Below are positions 1-10,920 of a stretch of DNA of 64,000 bases, in pieces. The stretch covers positions 222,704,001 to 222,768,000 of the forward strand of contig OZ024742.1 in assembly GCA_964016885.1 (NCBI GenBank), read 5' to 3'. A model generated the notes under the pieces. The model saw only the letters and a program-made list of their open reading frames with translations. It had not been told where the DNA came from and did no database searches. A program made the translations under genes and the position numbers. How positions within the stretch are numbered: the first letter of the stretch is position 1; each line of letters opens with the position of its first letter. Origin of the DNA: Eledone cirrhosa. Taxonomy: Eukaryota.

Positions 1-245
1 ATTTACACACACACATTTGTGTCATCATCGTCATTACTGTTTAACATGTATTTTCCATGCTTGCATTGGTTTGATGGGTTGTCATGTTATGAGGAAAGCC
101 AGGTCAGGTGACTACGTCTTACTCATACATATCTGTTTTCAACTTCGCTTTCTATGACTAAATGCCCTTCCTAATGCCAACCACATTACAGCATGCACTG
201 GAAGCTTTTTTGTGGCAGCACCACTGGTAGGCTGGAAGCTTTTTC

Positions 246-288
<43 letters not shown>

Positions 289-467
289 ATACTTTGGGAG
301 GGTCATGTTGCCAACAAATTCAGAAACGAAATATATGTATATATATATATGTATATATTTATATATATATATATGCAGAGGTTATATTTAATTTGTTGGG
401 TATTCAACAAGCTTAAACATTTTTATAACTGATATAAAGCACTCAACAGTTAGTGGAGTAAATACGA

Positions 468-628
468 AATATATTAATAAATGGAAACTATATTTATAAA
501 ACCATATTTATTTTATTATATATATTTCAAGGGCAACCAAGGCAAATAATTTGCCTTGGTTGCCCTTGAAATATATATAATAAAATAAATATGGTTTTAT
601 AAATATAGTTTCCATTTATTAATATATT
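468..628. repeat. Perfect palindrome, 80-bp arms, 1-nt spacer
   Basis: 468-547 is the exact reverse complement of 549-628. Confidence 0.95.
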
Positions 629-907
629 GTATATATATATATATATATAAGAATAACATTAAGAAAGAAAGATGATGTGTTTACATATAGCATTTATTCA
701 TTATAATTATTTCTATGGGATTTCCTGGCATTTCTTCACTCATCGGTCATTGTCCATACCAATGCAGTCTTTTCTCCTGCACACTACCTCAGATTTCTCT
801 TAAAGCAAGCTTCTCCCTCAGCTCATCAAATCTCTGCCTTTCTCTTACACTTAGATTGCACATCCAACGAAGCATGATTGCTTCATTTCTCTCCAGTCTC
901 TCTCTCT

Positions 908-941
<34 letters not shown>

Positions 942-947
<6 letters not shown>

Positions 948-1040
948 AACGATCGACTTTCGTCAAAATCGGACCGAGGGAACAATGTTTCCGTTGGTCT
1001 TTCCAATTGCTAATACTATCTATCGGTCGCAACTCCTATA
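942..1040. mobile_element. Short CpG-rich element embedded in (TA)n (MITE-like)
   Basis: Termini tatagga...tcctata; internal hairpin; part of it recurs in an HSPA5 intron near 20575-20606. Confidence 0.5.
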
Positions 1041-1095
1041 TATATATATATATATATATAGTTAAAAGAATAGAGGTGTAACACACAAGTTATTA

Positions 1096-1347
1096 TATAT
1101 TGGTAAACGGAATAGAAAATGCTGACAAATTGTTCACAGTTGAAAAATGGTTTAATCAGAGCAAACAGCACGGACACTCTATCTCAAAATTATTTTTGAA
1201 AAGCATTTAGAAATGCGCAACCGGTAAAAACTTAAAAACTTAAAACCACAACTGAATACTAACCCATACAATCACTAATACTCTTTTATTCCTAATTAAA
1301 CCATTTTTCAACTGTGAACAATTTGTCAGCATTTTCTATTCCGTTTA

Positions 1348-1354
<7 letters not shown>
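1096..1354. mobile_element. MITE with about 60-bp terminal inverted repeats, in TA context
   Basis: tattggtaaacggaatagaaaatgctgacaaattgttcacagttgaaaaatggtttaat is mirrored at about 1295-1353. Confidence 0.8.
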
Positions 1355-1395
<41 letters not shown>

Positions 1396-1842
1396 AAATG
1401 TATCCCGTTGTATAAAGCATGCCAAAACGAGTTAAGAGAATTCTTCAGTTGTATTAAGGGCATGAGAACATTCATAAACTTGGTGATCTCAATGATAAAC
1501 GCACCCAGTACACTTTCTAAAGTGGTTGGTAATAGGAAGGGCATCTAACCATAGAAAACTTGCCAAACAAAGGGTTGGGAAGAATCTACAGTTGTCTCAA
1601 AAACATGATAATCTCCCTAGTGCTGGTTCCATGATAAAATGTATCTGGTAGAGCATGGGAATGTATGTAAGTGAAATGTCAGCCTCCGAACCTGTTTGAG
1701 CACTTGGTAGATGTGAGATGCAAACCCCTAGCCCATCGGGGGTGGTCAGTAGCTCTGCTTAAGTACTGATTCAATCTGATGACCCATCCAACCCTTGCAA
1801 GCAGGAAAAATAGACATTAAATGAGAAGGAGGATATAGGTAT

Positions 1843-3255
1843 GTGCATAGAAATATGAAGGCTTGGGTTGTCTTAAATGGAGAATTGTCCAATGAAATCC
1901 CAGTTGATAATGGCATGAAGCAGGGAGATATCCAGACTCCCTCACTGTTTTCAATATTTTTTGCTGTGATGCTGACTCATGCATTCAAGGACATTGCAAA
2001 GGGTGTTCTATTGCAAGTTAGAACTACAGGTAGGATCTTTGACCTAAGAAGGTTCAATTTCAAATCCAAGGTGTTCCAAATATTAATTAGAGAACTCCTG
2101 TATGTACACAATGTTGACTTTCTGACTCACTCTCAAGATGACATGCAACACATCATGGATTGTTTTACAGCTTGTAATGCCTTTGGCATGAAAATTAATC
2201 TAAAAAATACCAAGGTAATGTTCACCCCATCACCAGGGGAAACATATATTAAGCCAAATATTATGGTGCATGGAACTAGGTTGGGTGTAGTTGACACTTT
2301 TGTTTACCTGAGTAGTGCATTATAAAAGGATGGTTCACTGCATGCAGAAATACACCTGCGTATTCAGAAGGCCTCTGTAGCCTTTGGAAAACTTGAAAAG
2401 AGAGTGTGGGCGGATCATGGCATCAATATCAAGACCAAGATTAGTGTATACGAGGCCTGCATTCTGAGTGCTCTCTTGTACTCTTTGGAAACATGGCATC
2501 ATAGACACCTTAATTTGCTTGAACACTTTAATCAAAAATGTTCAAGACGAATCCTAAACATCAAATGGCAACAAAAAATACCTGACACACAAATCCTTAT
2601 AGATGCTGGTTGCACGAGCATTGAATCTACCATCATAACCTCTCAAATGCGTTTTGTAGGTCATGTTGTGTGCATGAATGAGGAAAGACTCTCAAAACAA
2701 CTATTTTACAGTAAATTGCACACTGGGAAACACCCTCAGCAGAAACCAAGAAAAAGGATTGCATAAAAAACAACCTTAAAAATCTACAATTTGAAGTTCA
2801 GAACTGGGAAGTGCTTGCTTTAAAGAGGGGTAAATGGAGAGGACATGTGAGGGAAGGCTGCAGAAGAGAGACGTCTTGATCATGAAAAACTTAAACATCA
2901 GCTTTGAAAAGGCCACAGTATGAACCTCAATAAGAACATAGGGAGCAGGATTTGTAAGGTGTGTGGTTGTTTGCTGCTTTCTAAATCACATAAAAAGCCA
3001 ACTGTATGCAGCTCTATCCCTCCAATGCTAGGTGAGACAACATGTGTGGTGTGCAAAACGATCTGCAAATCAATCTCTGATCTTAAAAGGCATGTGAGGC
3101 TACATAAGGATGACATCCCACAAACTGACCCAATCAATCCAATAGAGGGCACATCTTTTGTCTGTCTCATTTGCTGCAGACCATGCAAATCTAATACTGG
3201 ACTTAAAAGCCACCTAAGGGGCCATGGACAGACGTCTGGAGTTGGTGATGGTTGA
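1843..3255 (+). mobile_element. 5'-truncated, decayed RTE-clade LINE (RT plus C-terminal C2H2 fingers)
   Basis: NGMKQGDIQTPSLF, ELLYVHN (from YADD), FVYLSS, LLYSLETW, MRFVGHV; CxxC...HxxxH fingers; stops and frameshifts. Confidence 0.88.
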
Positions 3256-4449
3256 TGGGAGTGCATAGGGAGACGGCAATCATCTGCAAAGATGAAGCAA
3301 TCGTTATATATATATAACTATATTATTTATGAACACAAGAAAAAATACTCAACATCGAAGTAGAGTTAAAATATTCATTTAATGGTTAAGTGGTGAACCA
3401 TCTTACTCTAGAGTTTCACCTGCACAGGATCCTCAGACAATATTAAATTTTCAATAAGAGAGACAATATAAATAAGAGAAGACTCAAGGATGAGGAGGGG
3501 GAAAGTTGGATAGCTGTTTTTGAATGGCTGTGTCAGGAAGTAAAGAAGGGAGCTATGAAAAAAGAAAGAAAAAGAAAACTAAGAGAAATAAGGAAGGTGT
3601 GGACATGGTATAATGATAATGGTAATAAAGTTGATGATAAGAATAAGTAGAAAGATGAAGCATCTTTTTCTTCTTCTTCTTCATTGAACCTCACTTCTCT
3701 GTTTCTTCTCCCAATTTTATTGTCTTAATATTTACAACCCCATCTGCATTGTAGTGACTTCCTAAACATAACCAATATATATAATATATAAAGCTGACCT
3801 TGCCCAATAAAACCTCACAAAGGAGATAACACAGGATTGAGATCTCTGGCACCATGCTGTACTACAGAAGACCTGCCTTACCATGTGCACAGAATGAAAC
3901 AAATATGTAGAGGACACTAGTCTGCACAAATCTTCTCTTCACCTCACCCTAGTCTTACTATCCCACCCTCACCAGCTAAATATCCCATGCCCCTCATCCA
4001 TGCCGAACTTGCTTACTTGTCCCCCCCCCCCCCACACACACTCCAAACTTTCTTCCCTGATACTCTTCTTCTTTATAATCCATACATATAAGCATAAAAG
4101 CTGGACAAGCTTTACATCTGATCTCCCACAATGCTGTTGCCAGGACAAAAGCACTAAGTCCACCCTGTATAGTGATCCAGTGCTACAACAAAAGCCTTCT
4201 GTCAATCCTGTAATGTGGTCGTGTTGGTGACATAAGAAAAATCTGCCAGTCCACACTATAACGTGGTTGGCATTAGGAACGTACAGCTGTAGAAATCAAG
4301 AGAAAATACGGATCTGTATGAGCAAGATGTGGATTATCTGACCTGACTTGTCCTATAACATGACAACCCATCTAACCAATGCAAGCATGGAAAAATAGAC
4401 TTTAAGTAATGATGATGATGATGATATATATATGAAATCATCATTTTGT

Positions 4450-4590
4450 GTTTGCTTGGACATAAAAGGTGATGATGGCACATACAGACCTGAAGTTTTT
4501 GAAAGAGCAGGGTTGCCAAGTATGCAAACTTTAATTGTCTCCCTTGGTTCAGTTAATGTGGTATTTTCATGGATAATTCATGAGCTTTAG
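4450..4590 (+). mobile_element. RTE LINE remnant
   Basis: Reads EVFERAGLPSMQTLI, typical of the RTE post-RT region. Confidence 0.55.
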
Positions 4591-5274
4591 ATACATTTTA
4601 TTATGGTACCAGCACTGGAGAGATTGTAAGGTTGTCTACAGTACTAAATATATATATATATATATATAGAGAGAGAGGGAGGGTTGATATTTATACTGTT
4701 CATTCATTACAGTTTACACACATCAGCTGAACTGTTTTCTCAGTTCACTCCAACATTGAATTATCATTGAATAGACTTCCATTGTTTTCGATGATGATTG
4801 TTCCAGTTGTTCAAACAATGGAACAACCTGCTTGTGAAATTAACATGTAAGATGCTGAATATAAGAACACATGTAATGTTAGCGTAATTCTCAGGGAGAT
4901 TCAGTGTGATATTGCTAGTCTGTTGTGTATTGTATTTGTGTGACTGAGTATTCCAGAGATACATCTATTCTTATCATGATTTTCAAGGAGATTCAGTATG
5001 AAACTGTGTGTGACATGGCTGAACCTTTGAATTACAGGCTCAGTCTATCCAACAAGCTTCCAAAGTTTCCGTCTACCCTGTTTCACTCAAAAGGCATGAG
5101 TCAACTTGAGCTTATAGAAAATGAAGTTTTTCCAAGATACAGTGGTATTGAACCTGGGATCTAATGATTGTGATCCTCATGCAAGTCACCATTGTACATC
5201 AAACCATTTACACCTAATGTATTTTTCTCAATATATGGCACTTTGTCAAGTACCTTCTTCATCATTATCACTAT

Positions 5275-5618
5275 TTAACTCTTTAGCATTTACATTACTC
5301 TATATATACTATTGTATTTTCACAGTAAAAACTTCACCTCACATAATCATCTTACATGATATCGAATCTATGAGATTTTACCGTCTGAGTTCAAATCCCG
5401 CCGAGGTTAACTTTACCTTTCATCTTTACGGGGTAGATAAAATAAAGTACCAGTAATGTACTGGATAATTGTTGGCCTTGTGCCTAAAGTAGAAACGATT
5501 ATTTATTTTGTGAACAATACTTTAACATCAGTATGAGTGGTTGGTTACAGCCAGTATGAACAGAAAGAGGTGAGAGAATTCTAGCTGAATACGGCCAATT
5601 TAAATGCTAAATGGTTAA
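5275..5618. mobile_element. TTAA-flanked (piggyBac-like) MITE with nested SINE
   Basis: TTAA-ctctttagcattta...taaatgctaaatgg-TTAA. Same termini at about 63584-63795; related ttaaccc...gggttaa elements occur throughout the window. Confidence 0.6.
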
Positions 5619-6009
5619 GATCTATTTTCCATGCTTGCATAGGTTATATGGGCTGTCACATTATGAGGTTAGATAGGTCAGATGACCACATCTTGGTCAT
5701 AAGATCCATTCTGGGCTTGGTTTTCTATTGCTAGATGCCCTTCCTGATGCCAACCACTTTACAGTGTGTACTGGGAGCTCTTTGTCATCTCATGAAGAGA
5801 ACCACCTTACAGAGTGGACTGGGAGCTTTTTTCATGGCACCATAACTACCACCTCACAAGGTGAACTGGGTGCTTTTTGCCATGGTACTAGTACAACTAC
5901 ATTATAGAGTGGACAGGGTGCTTTTTTGTCATAGCACCAACCTGACCATCTTATGCAATGGACTGGGTGCTTTTTGCCATGGTACCAGCATTGTTGGAGA
6001 ACAAGTGGC

Positions 6010-6760
6010 ATAATAATGAAATTATTGTGTACAGTGCTCAGGTGCACTACAACTCATCAAAGGTGCATGTATAGTACATAGAATAATGTACAAATGTCAG
6101 GAGAATGAACAGTGTACGAGTCATGATATAATAACAATAACAATAATGAAATATTGTGTACAGTGCCCAGGTGCACCACAACTCATCAAAAAAGTGCATG
6201 TACAGTACATAGGGCAATGCACAAACATCAGCAAAATGAATAGTGCACGAGTCATGATACACACGTGTGCATGTGCATGGAAGGGGAACATCAGGTGTAG
6301 TTTTGGCATGAGTGTCTTAAAGGATGCAGTGTCTCGGCAGCTAACAATTGACGCAGGCAGTTTGTTCCATGCTTCAGCAACTCTGAGCGTGAAAAAATGT
6401 CTACGAAAGTCATGGGAGCTGTGCTGTTTTCTGATCTTGTAGGCATGTCCACGTGTGTTAGACACATGGAGATCAAAGAGGCGCTCAGGGTTGCAATTGG
6501 CGAGATGGTTAAAAACTTTGTGGGTATTCACCAAGTCCATTGCCAGACGTCGGAGCTTCAATGAATCCATGCCCAGGGAAGCAAGGCGTTCAGAGTATGG
6601 TAGGTGTCTGGAGGGTATGCGTTTGGTTGCACGTCTCTGAACAGTTTCCAGGAGGTCAATGTTCTGAGCAAGATAGGGGTTCCAGACTGATGATGCGAAT
6701 TCCAAGTGTGGTCGTACCATAGCTGTATACAGTTTTAAATAGATGGCTGGAGAGCGGCAT
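6010..6760 (-). mobile_element. CR1/L2-group LINE 3' end with duplicated 3'UTR
   Basis: LKLYTAMVRPHLEFASSVWNPY...VQRRATK...NTRGHAYK...FFTLRVAEAWNKLP. Other copies at about 11145-11480 (+) and 30305-30390 (-). Confidence 0.9.
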
Positions 6761-8659
6761 GTATTTGGCAGTATATTGTCTATGATAATGGATCCTCCAA
6801 CAGTTTTGATGATGAACATTCAGTTGATTTAGCTACTGAAGATTGTAAATTAACCCTCTCATTTAGATATTACTTACAAAATATATATCCTATGTGTGTA
6901 AATCATTATTATCATCACCATCACCATTTAACGTCCATTTTTCCACGCTGGCATGGGTTATGGTTAGGAATTTGAAGGGACTTAATAAACTAACTTATTC
7001 ATTATCATTGAGTTGGTGTTAGGAACAGAACAAAAAATAATAATAACGAAAAGCACTGTACACAATAATTTTCATTATTATTTTTTTTTAATATTCTTTT
7101 ATACAAATCATGATGGAAGATTTCAATTTAAATATGAACATTTTAAAAATGAAAGATTATGTACTTGGGACCAGAAATATGAGAAGTGTACCTGAAGACC
7201 AGAGACAGTCTCAGGCAGATATCAAAAGGGTTAATGTGTAAGTGGTTGAGTATTCCACAGACACATGTACAGAGAGAATCAGCATGGCATTATTTGTTAC
7301 AATCTGGACCTTCAAATTTCACATATAATCCATCTAACAAGCTTCTAAACAATTTCTGCTACCCAATTTCACTCACAAGGCATCTGTCAACACAGGGCTA
7401 TGATAAATATAGCCATGAAGTGGAATCAAACTTCAGATCTCATGATTGCAAAGCAAACTTCTTAACTGCTCAGCTATGACTGAGTCCACTGCATTTTCTA
7501 CAATACCCTCTGGCTGACTAATGCTTGGTGAATGAATTTAGTAGAAGGAAATTATACAAAACCCTTTCTTTTTCCTCATTTAACCTCTTGACCACCACAC
7601 GCCTTCAAATTACATCCACAAGTTTATTTTGAAAGGACTTAGACAAGGTAGAGTAAAGAGGATTTTGTTTGCCATGTAGAGGCAAGGCAACCTTTCTGGT
7701 GCTGGGGCCATGATAAAAGTTACCCAGTACACTCTGTAAAGTAGTAGTGCTGTTGTGATAAAATGCACCAAATAAACTCTGTAATGTGATAGTGCTGGTA
7801 TTATGATAAAAGGTATTTAGTACACTTTGTAAAGTGATAGTGCTGGTGACAAGATAAAATGTACCCAGTACAGTCTAAAGTGATTGACAATCAAACAAAT
7901 ACCCATACACTAGAAAGACTCTTTAGTTTAGTTAAGGACATGACAACCTCACAAGTGTTGATGCCATCTGGAGACCTGATGGGTAGGGACTGTCCCTCTT
8001 GGTCCAACCATTTTGAATGGGAATCAGAAACGATTTTTTACTTTTATTGACCCAACTGAAAAATCTATAATTTCATCTCTTGGTAATCATGCTAATGACT
8101 AGTCTTATGTACACCTGATATTTGTTCATCTGTCACATGTTTCTAAACCAGCTGCTTACTTTAAAAGAGAATTAAGTTGTTACCAAAATATTGATCCAAA
8201 TAGTCCCATACATGATGTTACTGTGTTTGTGTTCTGGATTATATAGACACTATATTGTCATCATCATGAAGTCACATTGTTTAGTGGCTTGGGTGTTTGG
8301 CTCACAATCAAAAGGTCATGAGTTCAATTCCTGGTAGTGCATTGGGCCCTTGAACAAAACACTTTATTTCACATCGTTCCATTTAAATTAGATGCAAAAA
8401 AATGAGTAATACATGTAATTTAAATGGTCAGACTCATCACACACTGTGCCATGTTGAATCTTCCTGAGAACTATATTAAGGGTACTCATGTCTTTGGAAC
8501 ACCATCAAGTTGTGTCTTAATTTCACAAGCAGGATGTTCTGTTGGTCAAACCAATGGGTCACTTGTCACAGCCACTAGAAATCCAACACAGACATGTATC
8601 ATCATTATCACCACTACAACCAGTCTGGTTATAAGTTCTGAAGACTAAAACTTGTAAAA

Positions 8660-10920
8660 AAAATAAATTTAATAAATGCTTCTTCTCTCTATAATTGGAG
8701 CAATCTCTCTTGTCTCCCTTTTTGAAAATTGGAATTATCATTCCCGATTGCTGGAAGGTGTTCATAATAGAGAGTCCATTGCTAGAACAGAAGTCTAATA
8801 AGGCCACTCCATTCATATATAGATCGGGATCAACGTTCCTTTCAATCACCCTTTACTATGTCAAGTGGTCAGTGCCAACATGTGCATTGAAGTCTCCCAT
8901 TAAGATAGATGACTCTGTCATAACTACATCTAACATTGTAGTGACTTCATCAAGGACGGATTTATATTCAGACTCCTCTTTCGATGCATAAACTTGCACA
9001 ACCCACAGAGACCTATCTTTCAACCTAAGCTGCAAGAGGCGAATATTCCCTCCTAATGGTATCCAACCCATAACACATTCTGACAGCCAGGGGCTTATGA
9101 GTATGCCTACTCCCGCCTGTGCAGTCATTTCTCGTGCCACACCTGAATAATGAAGTCTCCATCCTCCATCCAAATCTACAGTACCAGAGCTATGGAACTT
9201 CGTTGAGAAAACCTCAGTTATATCTAGCTGGTGGCATCTAGCCTCATCCACTAGATCCTGCTCCTTAACTGTGAGGGTTGTGATGTTCCAGGTTCCAATT
9301 GTCAAGGTTTGCTTCCTTCCAAATCCTCTTTGTGGTCTCGGGATTCGCAAATATAGAATCAGTTGGCTGAAATTTGCAGACAACATGGTATTACTTAACT
9401 CAACAGAAGATAATCTCCAACTTGTACTTCATAGGTTTGATGCTAAGTGATGCATGACTGGAATGAAAATCAGTGCTGTGAAAACTGAGTCACTTATCCT
9501 CTCAAGGAAGCCTGTGCAGTGCACTTTATATGTGAATGGAGCTCCACTGACGCAAGTGGAGAAGTTCAAGTATCTCAGGGTTGTGTTCATGAGTGATGGA
9601 AGGCAGGAGGCTGAATTAAATGCAAGAATTGCAGGAGCTGGTGCAGAAATGTGCCAGCTTTGGCATTCAGTAATAAAAAGAAAGGAGGTAGGTGTAAAAG
9701 TCAAACTCAACCTCTTCAATTTGGTATTCATGCCAACAAATGGGCATGAATCCTAGGTAATGACTGAAAGAATACAATCACGAATACAAGTGGCTGAAAT
9801 GAAATTCCTCCCAAGGGTCTTTAGAGTAATGTTACTCAATAGAGTATGTAACTCGGCGGTCAGAGAGTCACTCCAAGTAGAGCTGCTACCTCCCTGAATT
9901 GAGAGATCATAGCTCCAGTACTATAGGCATGTGATTAGATGTCTCAGGAAAGAATTGCTGAACAGATATTACGGGCAAAAATAACTGGCAGGAGATCCAG
10001 AGCAAGATGGTTGGAAAACATCCGTGAGCTCAGCTGGTCTTGCTTGGGGATCCAGTCAGATTAGTTGGAAATGGTTGCTTCTGACATGACCCACTGGAAG
10101 GAGTGTTTGAAGACTGTCCCCATGACCCTCTCAGGAATGGGCAAAGAAGAAGACTCCTGATAGCCATTGCTTAGGTGTCTTTCCAGAAACCCAGGTCACC
10201 CAGCACACATGAGTCAGCCAGAGAATACTTTCTCTATTTAAGGCTTTAAACATCTTGAGCCAAATTTCATCCTCCCCAGCGACCTTGCCACATTTTAACT
10301 CTTTTATTACTCTTGTGACCTCAGCCTCAGAGAGATTAGTCATCGCTCCCAGATGCTCCTCATATACATCAGAAGATGCTGTTGTGACTGGGTTTAAGAG
10401 ATCAGCAAAGTATTCTCTCCACCTCGTGAGGATTCATCTCTCTGAAGAGAGAATCCCAAACGCATTCCTATAGCAGGTGTGGAGGAAGATTTCTTATTAC
10501 AAAGTCTACAGATAGTCTGCCAACAATTCCATTTGGTCATGAATCTTGGGTAATGACAGAAAGAATACAATCACAAATACAAGTTGCCAAAATGAAATTC
10601 CTCTGAAGGGTCTCTATAGTAACGTTACTCGATAGAATGCATAGCTTGGAGATCAGAGTCATTCCAGTTAGAACTACTTCTCTGAATTGAGAGATCACAG
10701 CTCTGATACTATGGGCATGGGGTTAGAATGTCTCAGGAAAGAATCGCTGACAGATTTTACAGGCAAAACCAATCGAATATCCACGAGCTCGGCTGATCTC
10801 GCTTGGGGATCCAGCCAAATCAATTAGAGACAGTTGCTTCCGACAGGCCCCTACCAGAAGGAGTGCCTGAGGACTCTGCCACCACGACCCTCCCAGGAAT
10901 AAGTGGGCGAAGAAGTAGTA
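8660..10920. mobile_element. Rearranged RTE-clade LINE fragments in alternating orientation
   Basis: APE endonuclease (GTWNITTL...GDFNAHVG) on - at about 8660-9345; RT end (VEKFKYL) on + at 9350-10150; - at 10150-10530; + at 10540-10920. Confidence 0.85.

Noticed and set aside
2920-3255. C2H2 zinc-finger ORF as a host gene
   Set aside because: It is the C-terminus of the adjoining RTE LINE ORF.
4490-4575. Minus-strand ETIKVCILGNPALSKTS resembling a GTPase P-loop
   Set aside because: The plus strand reads as an RTE LINE remnant (EVFERAGLPSMQTLI), and there is no good acceptor.
5356-5367. 12-nt minus-strand microexon candidate (tag|ATTCGATATCAT|gtaag)
   Set aside because: Lies inside a TTAA-flanked MITE next to a SINE.
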